DNA from: Cyanophora paradoxa CCMP329 | Lineage: Eukaryota; Plantae; Glaucophyta | Reading direction: 5' to 3' | Length of the DNA stretch: 64,000 nt | Assembly: GCA_004431415.1 (NCBI GenBank) | Contig: QPMI01000526.1 | Location: 193,175 to 257,174, forward strand | Shown: in pieces, positions 12,671 through 24,374 of the stretch | Layout of the letters: each line of letters opens with the position of its first letter | How positions within the stretch are numbered: position 1 is the first letter of the stretch | Translations under genes and position numbers: made by a program | Notes under the pieces: model-generated | Told to the model about the DNA's origin: nothing | Databases searched by the model: none | Seen by the model: the letters and a program-made list of their open reading frames with translations, nothing else

Positions 12671-13719
12671 GTGCGCGGGCCGGCTTCCTCGCGTAAGCGC
12701 GAATCCCGCCGCGTGCACACAGAAATCGATATAGCTAAAAAAATGATTCGGATCCGATGTGGCATGGCTGGCGGGCGGAAGGCAGCTTCCTCGATGGGGT
12801 ACAGCTGCAGCGCCCGAGTCGAGTACTAGCTAGTGCAGGGCAAAGCTCAGCCCGCGGCCGACGGCGTAGGGGCGCTGAAAGACGCACCGGTTGCGGGGCA
12901 CCAGCAGCAGACAGCGCGAATCAGGCGGCGCGTGTCGATCACACGGCGGATGCAGGGTTGGCGCTCATAATCCGCGCTCATCAAAGCTTCAGTCTTGTCG
13001 GCGTCGCAAATCGATCGCGATATCCACAGTCGAGCGGCTCTCGTTGCCCTTGCCCGCTGTACGTCCGTACGTATACGCGTTCTACGACGCGGCGCCCTTC
13101 AAGGCTTGAGCTGAAGATTGCAAACGCGGCGCCAGCGGTTATAAACCGACGCGGCGTCGCGATCGACAGACTGTCGGACGTCGCGACTTCGGGCGGGCCG
13201 GGGCTGTCGGCCGCGTACGTCGCGCGCGCGCGACTTCGACGCCGTCGGTGGTTCTGCTGGTTCCCAGTCTGTCCGGCGGTCGGGTTCCCAGTCGACGTCG
13301 AGCTACGAGACTCGAGTCGAAAGCGGCAGCCGCACGCGCGGCCACGGCGGCCGCGCGCGATATCAATAACGAAATCGATCTACTACCGGTAGTAGATCGC
13401 GGGCGCCGGCGGTCTCAATCTCGCGAATCGACGTCGACTCGGCGACGTCTGCGGCGAAGCCGTTGGAATAATATTTAATCGTACGCATGCGTCTTAAATT
13501 GCCTTCTTTTGCAATCGAGCTTTGCGCCGGCGCCTTAACACGCATACGGTGCCAGACCGACGATCATCGGATATCGATCTGATCATGGCCATGGTACCGG
13601 TGCGCATGGTCTGGCTGCGGCCGCTGTGCCGCTGTGCACGTTCCAGAGGTTCCAGATGTTCATGTCCTTCATTCGAATTCTCACACATGTACATGCACAC
13701 TTGGTTGAATCTGCGCATG

Positions 13720-16700
13720 CAGAGCCAAGACCGGCAGGAAGCGCTCCTGAAATCTAGAAACTTCAGGAGCATCCAGATGCGGCTTAAAAAGGTTAGTGTC
13801 ATGCGATTATGATCACGCTTCGATTTTAATTTTATATTGATATCGATTATGACGCTTCTTTTTGAAACCGTTGAACTTCGCTCCCCGGATCGCGACATGC
13901 GGGGCCCCATGCATATGGCCACTGATCATGATTATGATCATGACCAGGCAAGTGAAGACGAGAGGGCCGCGAACCAGAGAATCGGGGAGGTGTGCTGCTG
14001 TGATCCGATGATCTTTGAACTCAGAATCAGCAGGATTTGATCGATATCGGTACCTCTCACGGCCGCAGCTGGAGGGACAGCTAGCGCTCGCGGGCAAGCA
14101 GGGCGAGCTGGCGGACTCCCAGGCGCGGGCGGGCCGGCTGCAGGCGGAGCTGGAGGAGCCCCGCATGCAAGGCGTCGCGGCCGGCCATGGGAAGCCCAAG
14201 CTTAAGCACGGCGACGGCTTGGCTTCCTGCAGCGACGCTAGTGTCGACGTCAACGGCGAAAATGTGAGCACCTGCTTTTCTCCTTGCAATTGACTCGTTC
14301 AGCATATATACGCGAATTGACTTGAATTGTCTCCTCCTTGAACAGGTCTGCGTGCCGTCGCGGGTGGTGCAAGCGAGGGCACGTCGCGTCATAAGGCTTG
14401 TCTCCTCCGATTGTTCCCCCGGAGCAAACGTCAACCCTGGCCACGAGCGGCCGCCCGCAATTTCGATCGCGACCACGAGCTCGAGCCGACTTCAGGCACC
14501 AGATCTGTTGACACGATGCGCACAGGCAGTCGCAAAGGAAGCCGAGAGGGTCGCGAACCAACGAATGCGAATCGCCGATGTGCGGCTGAGAACGCGTTTA
14601 ACAGTTCCCTAAGTATGAGCATAATCGATATCTCCGCAGCTTGAGAGGCAAGTCTCGGATGCACGGAATGACCTGGCGAACGCTCAGTCGCAGACGAGAG
14701 AGCTACAGGATCGCGTCAAAAGACTGCAAGACGACGTAAACTACTACAGAACTCGAAAATGCAATCTAGAAGATGACCTGGCGAAAGCTCGAGCGGGTTC
14801 GAGAAAGCTCCAGGACGATGTAGGCTATTTCAAGACGCGCGAAAGAGATCTTAAAGATGACCTGGCGGACGCTCGATCGAAGTCGACTCAGCTCCAGGCC
14901 AGCGTAGACCAGCTCCAGGATGCCAACAACGAGCTCGAGCGCTCGGTGGGTTTTCATTGACAATCATGAATCATCGATTGCTGTCTCAGATGCAGTGTGC
15001 ACGTGTACATGTCCAGCTGAAGACGGAACGTGAACAGTGTTTGACGGTTTTCTACGAGAAACTGACGGTGCCCGAATTTCGTTCTATTGCCGAATCAGTT
15101 GACGTTGAAAGTTGCGCTGACAGCTGAGAGCTAATGTGGAGGCTGTTAGGCAACAGCACAACGTACGAATCTGGACCCGCGGCCACGCCTTCGATTTTGT
15201 TTTCTGTGTTGTTCACGAACTGATCATGATTCGCAGCTGAGAACCGCGGAACTTGAGCATGAAAGGGTTCGCTTAAATTTTTGTGGCCACTTCTAGTTCG
15301 AATTCTTTGTTCGCCCTCGCGCTCACAATCAGGTTTCGGTGCATATCAAAGATGATTGTGGCGCGAGTGGCACGGGAACGTGATGAGGTGTTTGGTTCTC
15401 ATCGATTGCTTTGGTTAATAATAACATGCTGGGCACAGTCTGATTCAGCCTTGGGTCGGTCGACGGCCGAGCTAAACAATGCACATAATCGCGTGAAGGT
15501 CGCATTCGAATTGAAATTCTTCATTAGGATATCGATCGCTCTGACCAGATCAATATTTCGATCAGGCTCTCGAGGAAGAGAACCGCAAGCTAAAGGACGA
15601 TGTAACACAAGCCCAAGAGGACTTGGCCGCCGCTGTCCGCGGCTCGCGGGAAGCGGCTCTGGAGAGTCTCGTGAAGACGCTCCGGGACCAGCTCCAATCC
15701 GCCTCTTCGCACGCCGACGAGTATCTGAAAGACAGAATCAAAGAGGTGCGCGGCGCTCTATGGTCATTTCTCCCAAATTAAAGCTGCAGAAGTTGAAGCG
15801 AAAACCCTGTTTTCGAGGCTCTGAATGAACGCTTTAACGGCAGGTAGAGCGGGCAAACGCGGTGCTTCTCAAAGAGGTGCACGGCGGTTCTGTATACCTC
15901 TATTATTCAAACGATTTATTCAATTGCCCGCCCCGCATTTATTCAAACGAATTCAAATTGAACGGCAGGTGGAGCAGGGCAACGCCGATCTGGAGCGCGC
16001 CAAGGCCGCTGTGAAGCGCGCCAAGGCCGATCTGGAGGGCGAGAGGGCAAAGACCGAAAAGGAGCGGGAGCTGCGGCGTCAGGCGCAGAAATCGAAGGAG
16101 CTCGGCTTGGCGCGGGACGAGGCGAAGCGCATGGCGAAGATGGCCGAGGCTGCGCGGAACGAAGCCAATCGTAAGGCGAAGAGGCTGGAAGAGGCGGAGG
16201 GCGCCCGGCAGGCGGCGGAGAAGGCGCGGGTGGAGGCGGAGGGGGCGGCCCGGTCCGCGCAGGCGGCCCTCGCGGCAGCGGAGGCGGCGGCCGCGGAGGA
16301 GCGGGCGCGGTGGGACCAGCTGTTAGGCGAGCTCGCCGAGCGCGCCGAGCGGGCGGAGCGGCAGCGCGGGGAGGCGCAGGCGCTCCTCGACGCGGTTCGT
16401 TGATTTAACTCTTGAGTCGATGTGGTTAAGATCTCTGCCTGCACCTGAGTACTAGTTCATCCTTTGCAGATTCTGGATCGCCCCGGATCGGACCCCGAGC
16501 TGGCCGCGCTGAAGGGGCGGGTGCGCTCCCTCGAGGCCCAGCTCGCGGTGTGTTGACTTCGTAGCTCTCACTTTGAAGCAATCTGCGAATTCGAGTTGGC
16601 TGAGTGACGCGCAGGCGGAGAAGGAGAAGCAGAAGCAGGCGGCCGCCGGGCTTTCGAATTCCTCGTCCCTTCCTGCCGCCGCCGCCTCCAGCGATGGGCC

Positions 16701-19390
16701 CAAGATCCGCGCCCTTCGCAACGCATCGTGCGCTGCTTTTTTAATTTTACAATTGCAAGTCCTTTCTCTGCGCTTATCGATATATTGAAGGCGCAAGCTC
16801 GTCCAAACGATCGTGAAGCAGGTTGCAACACCCGCAGCGTGGTTATTGTCTGCGTGCGGCTGATGCTTGCTGTTGCAGCTCCGCCCGGTTGGCTCCAAGG
16901 CTTCCAAGCCCATCGAAATCGAGGTAGGCGAAGCGGCGGATGTCTCCTGCTCGTCGCTCCGGCGTGAAGGAAGCCCTGCAGGTTGACCGGGCAGCCGTCG
17001 TCGAGTCCGCCCTCCAGTCCTGCCTGGAGCAGCGCCTCCTCGAGCAGCTGCGGCAGCCGGCCGCCCCGCTGAAGATTGCGATGGAGTGCGCCGAGGACCG
17101 CAAGGGGCCATCGCGCGAGTTCTATGCGCTGGTGTGGGATCGGAATTCCACGGGAATCTTTAATTTCTTCGTTCCTGTGGGCCTCATGATCGGAGTGTCG
17201 CCGCAGTTTTTCGAGGAGCTGGTGAAGAAGCAGCTGGTAGAGGAACCGATGCAGCGGGCGCCGGGCGTGCTGCCGCCGGCAAGCGTCAGCGCTAGCGCTG
17301 CACCGGTACCTGTTGTGCCGGCGCCGGCGCCGGCACCGGCCCCGCAGCCGCGCCGCAAGAGGACCGTCATCTTTGACTCGGAGGACGAGGGCGAGAGCGG
17401 CGAAGACGGCAGTAGCCCGCAGGGCGAGAATCCGAAGCGTGTTCGGCTGGAGGGAGGGCAGGCGGCAGCGTCGGGGTCGGGCGGCGGGCAGCGCCGGAGC
17501 GGGCGCGGCCAAATGAGCTCCAATTCGAAGCGTGCCAACGTCGTCGATCGCGCGCTGCTCACGAAGTACCGATTCATCGGTGCCATCATCGGCCGAGGTG
17601 CTCCCTCGTTCTTTATGGGGAAATCTATTTATGTGCCGATCTCATTAATTAATCTCATTTCTACTTTCTACTTGTGCCGAAAATCTACTTTTTAGGTGCT
17701 ACCTCGTTAATTTATTCGCCGATATCGATCGCGAGGCTTGCCTTGACGCCGTTCATTTTCAGCGCTGCTCGAGCGGATTCTCGACCCGAAGGGCACGGAT
17801 CCCATCCCGGCTGCGTTCGTCCCCATGATACCTATGCTGTCCGGCAAACAGGTGCGGGCAAGAATATTAATTCGGAAGTCCGCTTTCGTTCCTGGCTCTG
17901 ATCGCTGGCCCCGGCCCGCATGCGCAGCGGGACGCGTGCGCCACAGCGGAAGAGGCGCTCGCGCTCTGGCAGCCGTTCCTCGACCCCGTAAGCAATATAT
18001 ATTTGCATTCGAACCGGTACCCTTTTATGAACTTTTTTTGCGGGCGCTTCAACGCCGCCGCAGCAAGTGCACGTCTCGATGGCCAGGATCCTCGCCGAGC
18101 CGGTACGCGGCGCTGGTCACAGCCCCGCGCTAGATTGCTGCTGAAGTCTCTGCAGGTCTCGCCGGAGGCCCCCGTGCCGATGGACCCGTACCTCCAGGGC
18201 TGCCCCGCCTTCAGCGGCGAGGAGGTGCCTCGAGCTCGCCTCTCTAAGGTTAAGCTTTTCGCCGCTGACGTCCTGCAGCTGACGGAGGCGAACAAGCGAG
18301 ACCTCGTTCGGCTCGCGGCGCAGTGGCAGTGCGTAGGCCGGCGTCAGCCGCTCCTCGAGGCGATGCGAGTGCGTCGCGCTCGATTCGTCTTCAACCGTCT
18401 CTAAGCGTCGCCGTTCTCCGCCCGCAGGAGGGGTTCCAGGGCGTCTTCACGCGGCCGGAGGCGAGCAAGAAGGGCCCAGAGGCGGCGGCGGGCGCGGCGG
18501 ACGCGCTGGAGGCGGTCGGGCTGCTCGGCGCCGACGACTGGGCCGCCCTCGTCGGCGGTGCGCCGCCAACCGACCCCGCGCAGCGCGGCCCGCGCGCCCT
18601 CACGCCGCGCGCGCAGGCGAGGCGTGGACGGCCGAGACGCTCATCGCGAACGTGCACAACCGGCATCGCTTTGATTTTTTTCACTCGCTTCCATTCACAT
18701 GTCCGCTCTCAGATGCGATTCCACGGCGACTGGCGGCATTTCGAAGAGGTGAATGACGATGACGATGTCTTTGTCCTCAACTCGTGCCCTGTCCCCTCTC
18801 ACCCCGCGCGGCCCCTCCCGCCCCGCCCCGCAGGACCGGACCCTGGTCGAGCGGTGGCTCTTCGACGCGCTTCGGGCGGGCGAAGTGGACCCGTCGCAGT
18901 TCGCCCGCTGCATCGGTGCGGTTGCTCTTTCACGTCGTGCGGCGGCCGCTGCATGTGATTCGCGCTGCAGGCCGCGCCTCCGCGCCGGCGAGCGGGAAGC
19001 TCGAAAGGTGAGCTTTTCCAAGTTTAAACTTAGGTCATTTCATTGCCAGATTCATTAATATTCGTGGCCCCGCAGGCCCCTCACGATCGCGCCGAAGACG
19101 AACACGGTGAAGGACGGGGCCGGGCGCCGGCGGGCCGTGCTGGTGCCCTGGTCCGACAAGGAGTGGGGCCTCGCCTTCCGCACCTGCTTCGACGAGGCAC
19201 GCCCCGCCCCCCGCCGCCCCGCGCGCTCGCTCGGCCTCGCGGTTTGAACTTGGGGGGGCAGGTGGAGATCCCGGGGGTGCACGTGCCGTCGGGGGCGGCG
19301 GGGGCGGAGGAGCTCGAGGAGCGGCGGCGGCTTTTCGTGGGAGCAATCCGCAGGAGCGTCGATCTCGCGTTGGACTTCAACGACGGCTAG
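13720..19390 (+). CDS. Multi-exon host gene, copy B: coiled-coil plus divergent HECT-type E3 ligase (5' end uncertain)
   Basis: Paralogue of copy A with the same motifs REFY, YRFIGAIIGR, LTEANKRDLVRLA, FRTCFDE (Cys codon 19185-19187) and LDFNDG* (stop 19388-19390). Confidence 0.62.
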
Positions 19391-20025
19391 TTATATATAT
19401 ATAGTTTTAGTTTACATTCGAATTTCCTTTCAAAAACCTTTCAAAAACAGCGGGCCCCTACCTGCCCGCACCCTGCAGCTGCATCAGCTTTATTACGCTG
19501 CTCATTATTACCCTGCATCGCACCCTGCAGCTGCATCATCTGGTTTCTGTTCGAGATAGCTATAGACTCTACACAGGCAGCCCTGGCCATGGCAGAATTC
19601 AGACAGACTCAATAAATCCGAATGATTGTGCACACATGAACGCCTTTCTAACTTCCGACTTCGTATCAGAATCGACTTCATGGTGGCGGGGTGCGGGGGC
19701 GGGCGGGCCGGGGCGCTGGCCGAGGCATCGAGGGCGGCCGGAAGAGCGGCAGCGGCCTCTGGCGCCCTCGCTGAGCGCCGGCGGCCCCGCGAGCGGCGGG
19801 CGCCGTGCAGACTCCGGCGGGCGCCGCCCGTCGGGGGAGCGCCGCCAGAACGGAGTGAAGGGGCGGGAGGAGAGTGTGCCGGGGTACGGCGGCAGGGAGA
19901 TCTAGAGGATGCGCGCCGGGTAAGACGGGAGGGATCGGGGGGGGGGGAACGTTAGTAAGGGGTAGATAAGCTTTAGGGACGCATTCCTGCGCGGGGCCCG
20001 AAATCTCAGCCAAAATCGAATCGAC
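15555..20025 (+). repeat. Segmental duplication, copy B (partner ~5020-10262)
   Basis: Colinear with copy A, including introns and the 3' flank. Confidence 0.9.
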
Positions 20026-20026
20026 G

Positions 20027-20165
20027 AGGGGGGAGGGGCGGGGGGGAGGGAGGGGGAGAGGGGGGAAGCGGAGGTTGGAGGGGGGCGGGGGGTGAGAGAG
20101 GGGGAGGACGGAGAGGGGGAGGGGGGCGGGGGGGGGGGGGGGGGGGGGGGGGGCGGGGAGGAGGA
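20027..20165 (+). repeat. Poly-G / G-rich tract
   Basis: Nearly pure G runs, including one over 20 nt. Confidence 0.9.
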
Positions 20166-20480
20166 ACAAGTCTGAAAGGAAATGAAACTGAGAGGAATCT
20201 GAGCAGAAGGGATCGAGGTCTGTAAGGGTTTAATTAACCAGGAGAATAAGCGAAATCATGAGAGGGAACTAAAGCTTCATTATATATAAGGAGATTTGCA
20301 CGGACAGGATCGATAATTTAATTTGAGAAAAGAAAACATGTACGGAACGAACGTGAGTGGCGCGTGTTAATTGGAACGAAAAGGGAGCAGGCCGGACCCT
20401 CGCGATCGGACCGGAGTAGATTTGCGAGATCGACTTTCAGAAGCTGGCTTCTAACGTACCGTAGTAGTACGCCGCTGCTG

Positions 20481-20486
20481 GAGGCG
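20481..20486 (+). repeat. Left 6-bp target-site duplication GAGGCG of element 1
   Basis: GAGGCG directly precedes the left TIR and recurs at 31774-31779. Confidence 0.93.
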
Positions 20487-20843
20487 AAAAAATGTAAATT
20501 GGGCATACTGCCCCACGAAATTATATATGGTAATAAAATCGAATAAACTCTCATTTTTTCATGTTTTCAACAAACATTTCAACAAAACAAACCATTCTCA
20601 GTAACCCAATCACCAATCTCAGTAAATCTCAGTAAGCATCATTTACAAAATTCGATGTTATATCATTGGCATACTGCCCCACGAGATTATATATGGTAAT
20701 AAAATCGAATAAACTTTAAACTTTTCGATATTCCACAAACGTTTCGACAAAAACAAACCATTCACAGTAACCACACAAAACAAAACGTTTAATCTCAGTA
20801 AGCCTCAGTAACAACAATCGATGTTATATCATAATCTCGATTA
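20487..20843 (+). repeat. Left terminal inverted repeat (357 bp) containing two ~166-bp subrepeats
   Basis: Exact reverse complement of 31417-31773, compared line by line; ggcatactgccccacga..ttatatatggtaataaaatcgaataaact at 20502 and 20668. Confidence 0.96.
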
Positions 20844-20967
20844 ATTATATTTAATCGAAGTAACATCCTTTTTATCCGCCGTGTCTCCCATCAATTTTAA
20901 ACGTAATCGAATTTTACCCGATCCAAAAAATGACGACTGTTTTTAAATTTACCATATCGATCTGTAA

Positions 20968-21261
20968 ATGACAACCATAATACCCGAAGATGTTAAACAA
21001 ATTCTTCAAGATATGCCTTTAATTCCAGATGAGCAACAATTAAGCGAATTGATTGAGAAAACCGCTAATAGCGTTGGTTTAGATGTTAACAAACTTCCAA
21101 GTAAATATAAAACAAATTTTATGAAAGGCTTCGTATCTACCATGGAAACTTTGAACAGACACCAATACTCACAAATATTAGAAAATCGACATGATGTCAA
21201 CCATACACGCTGTAAATTACGTAGGAAATTGATTATGAAAAATGCAATGGACAAAAAATGA
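20968..21261 (+). CDS. Hypothetical viral protein, 97 aa
   Basis: ATG-initiated ORF just inside the left TIR with viral base composition; no motif recognised. Confidence 0.6.
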   Translation: MTTIIPEDVKQILQDMPLIPDEQQLSELIEKTANSVGLDVNKLPSKYKTNFMKGFVSTMETLNRHQYSQILENRHDVNHTRCKLRRKLIMKNAMDKK

Positions 21262-21282
21262 GTTTCAAACATTCCTTGTTAT

Positions 21283-22050
21283 CTAAACTGTTATTGTTGT
21301 GGGTTCATTACTTATTCTTACTGATTCTCTCTTTTTTATCGCTCTGCGCTTCACAAACTTCTTAAAGCCCTTTATATCATCATCTGTTAATATTGCCCGG
21401 TCTGTGTATACTTTTATATCATACCCTTGCAATCCAGTTATGACTGTTTGGTAGTTATAACCCCACAGTCTATGCAATTCCTTGTAGGTCTTTTTATCAA
21501 GACCCCCATTATACTCATCATAAGCGCAGTTAAACTCCTTCTCATTCCCGAGAATATTGAAAAATACTACGAACTCAACATTTCGACGAATCGTAGTAGA
21601 AATTGAGCATAAACGTTGAGTATTAATAATTACTGTAATCGAATAATGACGGGCTGTAGTGATCAATTTAGATAACACAGCCGAATTATGCATATCTAAA
21701 TTGGAACCGATCATATCATCAAGTATAATAACAAGATTGTTGCGTTTTTCATTATTTTCGATTCGTTTCTTTTGCATGCTAATGAGTTTCACTACTACAT
21801 TATCGTCCCATTCCTCATAGATATTATCAGGATGCGTTATATCTCTGAATTGACCTGTAAACGCAGTAGAACTAAATACTACAATCTGATCGATCTTATC
21901 CCTCAGTTCATAAAGTAGATATTTGCAGTAGGTTGTCTTACCAGAATTGCTGCGCCCACATAATAAAAACCGAGTGCTTAATTTAACTGTTCTTGCAGGC
22001 TCAAACTCCGGGATGTCATTCAAATCAATATCCATTCCTGTGTTATCCAT
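21283..22050 (-). CDS. A32-like (FtsK/HerA superfamily) genome-packaging ATPase
   Basis: Walker A GRSNSGKT, Walker B LVIILDD, A32 signature ARHYSITVIINTQ..IRRN. Confidence 0.93.
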   Translation of the reverse strand: MDNTGMDIDLNDIPEFEPARTVKLSTRFLLCGRSNSGKTTYCKYLLYELRDKIDQIVVFSSTAFTGQFRDITHPDNIYEEWDDNVVVKLISMQKKRIENNEKRNNLVIILDDMIGSNLDMHNSAVLSKLITTARHYSITVIINTQRLCSISTTIRRNVEFVVFFNILGNEKEFNCAYDEYNGGLDKKTYKELHRLWGYNYQTVITGLQGYDIKVYTDRAILTDDDIKGFKKFVKRRAIKKRESVRISNEPTTITV

Positions 22051-22096
22051 TACAGTAATAAGATAAAAAACAAAATAAATTACTCAGCGCATGCAA

Positions 22097-22116
22097 GGCA
22101 TGCTTGTCATGCCGAC
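22097..22116 (-). terminator. Conserved stem-loop downstream of the MCP gene (putative 3'-end signal)
   Basis: GGCATG-CTTGT-CATGCC-GAC; the same loop and GAC flank occur at five sites in element 2. Confidence 0.5.
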
Positions 22117-22160
22117 CCTACTAATTTTGAGCTTTCTACTATAACGAAAGAAAAAGAACT

Positions 22161-23386
22161 TTAGAAGTTCGAGACTTTCAGGGTAGAGATGTTGTAGCCA
22201 TTGAGGACCATAACATTGTGTCGTAGGGCATAGATATCAACCTGAACAGGAGCAGCATCAGTGCATCCCGAAACAGTGAGATCCATGTAACTGGAACTGC
22301 TGTTGAAGAAATCCTGGTAACCCATAACACTGTTCCGAAGCGAATCTTTTCCAGATTTGGAAAGAACGATTCCGTAAATATTTCCATTCTCGAATCCATA
22401 AGTAGTATTGCCAACAGTAACACCCTTGTAATGAGAAGGAATGTGATTGATAGCCGAGAGGAAACCAGAAATGGGTTTGTTGGAGATATCCAGGGAGCGA
22501 TTGTTGTGGAAGATCTGGAACTGATCGATCTTAACATCCGAAACATGACCACAGAAATCAGAGTGAGTGTAGGTGTTAAGTTTGTTCACCTCTCGAACTG
22601 TCATGAGAATCGAATGAACCAGACCAGAAACATTAGCGAGTGTCACCTCAACCGATTCACCAGCATCAGCGGTTTTGAGCGCTCGTGTCTTCTTGTGGAT
22701 GACCTCTGTGATCGGAATGCGAATGCCACCTTGTTCATTTGCCATTTTCAAAAGTGTCTCAGCCTCAGCCGAAGCGATGTTTACAAATTGACAGATTAGG
22801 GAGCAATCCGCAAATGTAACAGATCCACCAGCAGGAACTTTGACTATCCCAGCATCACGGAAATCAACCTCGATTGTTGGCATATCCGCCAGTGTGCATA
22901 GTGGGAAGTAAGCATCATCCCAGAAAGCAGCGGGAATTTTCACAATGTATTCCATAGCCTCATCTGTGCTTTCACGATCAAGTTCTTTGAAGTAACCAAG
23001 AGAAGCATACATGCTGCTCATGGTAGCATGATCATTATCAATCAGAGCGTTAACAGTTATCCAGTCACCAGGGATGATATACTTGAAACCACCATGAACA
23101 AAGCGGACCTCATTAATAAAGGAAGAACCACCATTGGGGAGGGTGCAGGCTACACCACCACCAGTGGCAATCTTGAAATAGAGCGAAACACCAGCAAGGA
23201 GTTGCTTGCGAGGTAGATCAAAGTAAGCGGTATTCTTAAAGCCAAAAGTATTGCCTCGGGGACGAACTTGCTCGAGGAATGGTTTGTACTTGGGGTTGGT
23301 TCCGATTTGGAGACCAGGGATAGATAAATTTGATCGGAACCGGGAGTTACGAGGAGTTCCTTAAGGGTAGTTCCAGTGAGTGCCAT
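22161..23386 (-). CDS. Major capsid protein (putative double jelly-roll), ~408 aa, with one -1 frameshift near 23325
   Basis: ATG 23386 gives MALTGTTLKELLVTPG. The adjacent frame is open from ~23360 through KYKPF..AYFDLPRKQLLAGVSL..YIIPGDW into ORF 22161..23021. It aligns by eye with the element 2 gene at 55602-56978, sits between ATPase and penton, and is beta-rich and of MCP size. Confidence 0.8.
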
Positions 23387-23438
23387 CTCTTATGTTTAAA
23401 ATACCAAAAGAAATTTTTAAAATGCTTTATTAAACAGA

Positions 23439-24338
23439 ATGACGCGTCATTACCTTAATATTGATTCCAGGGACCGAGATGATGGAACCCCAACGAACTT
23501 TACTTACAAAATTCCCCATGCAATCCAAAATGTGAGAGCCTGCAGAGTGACTAACTTTGAGATGTTCAATAACATTTACAATCTTAGCGAGAATGGAAGT
23601 TTGATTACAGGAACCTATGATGCTGGAGATGTAATTAAAACTAAGAATAACACTATTTCAAAAGGGACATATACTTCGGATAGTTTGGTGAATCTTCTAA
23701 ATGCCAAACTAGCTTCACAAGTGTATGGTGCAGCAGGAACTACCTATACTCGCCATTTCTACGTTACATATGATCCTGTCACCATGTTTCTAAGGTTTAT
23801 GTGCGATGCAACATTTACCCTCACCTTTGGAAGTCGGATCTTAGCAAACTTCCTTGGATTTCCAGAGCGCAGACCTGACAGTTCAGAAAATGGTTACGCT
23901 TCTGCCCTGCTGGATTCACCTGTAAAACTCGGAACTAATACTTATAATTACTACATTGACAGCGTTATACCGCTTGATCTTCTGTTCAACTCTTACATCC
24001 TTCTACATGTCGATCCACTCAAAGGCAATTATGTTAGCAAGAATACCAGTGATGATAAAGCCCTCGCAAAAATCGAGATTGATCAAACGGTAGGCAGTCT
24101 CTTAAAATATGATTCATCGAATAATTCCATGATCCTGCATGAGCAAAACGGTTTGGTGGAAGTTGAAACGCTAAAAGTTCGTCTCACATACTGGAATGGT
24201 GTTGAAACGGATATTACCACTGACTGGTCGATGACGCTTGAACTCATTACGGAAGATGATAAAGATCTGACCAAGAAAGCATTGAAGAATGTCATTAAAG
24301 AGTTGGAGGGACTCTACTTGCCGTTCTCACGGTCATAG
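23439..24338 (+). CDS. Minor capsid (penton) protein
   Basis: N-terminal YLNIDSRDRD..NFTY..IQNV..N.IYN and C-terminal LKVRLTYWNG..DWSMTLEL, typical of PLV/NCLDV single-jelly-roll pentons. Confidence 0.85.
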   Translation: MTRHYLNIDSRDRDDGTPTNFTYKIPHAIQNVRACRVTNFEMFNNIYNLSENGSLITGTYDAGDVIKTKNNTISKGTYTSDSLVNLLNAKLASQVYGAAGTTYTRHFYVTYDPVTMFLRFMCDATFTLTFGSRILANFLGFPERRPDSSENGYASALLDSPVKLGTNTYNYYIDSVIPLDLLFNSYILLHVDPLKGNYVSKNTSDDKALAKIEIDQTVGSLLKYDSSNNSMILHEQNGLVEVETLKVRLTYWNGVETDITTDWSMTLELITEDDKDLTKKALKNVIKELEGLYLPFSRS

Positions 24339-24374
24339 GAAATACTGTAGAATAAATTTGTCTCAATATTACAA

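Noticed and set aside
235-20169. Numerous long overlapping Ala/Arg/Pro/Gly-rich ORFs in the six-frame track
   Set aside because: Expected in very GC-rich, intron-containing DNA; they are shadow frames or exon read-throughs with no motifs
23318-23332. A-AAT-TTA slippery heptamer at the MCP frameshift as a programmed -1 site
   Set aside because: The heptamer is in the register of the downstream frame, not the ATG frame (CAA ATT TAT), so it cannot produce the needed shift; a 1-nt deletion is simpler
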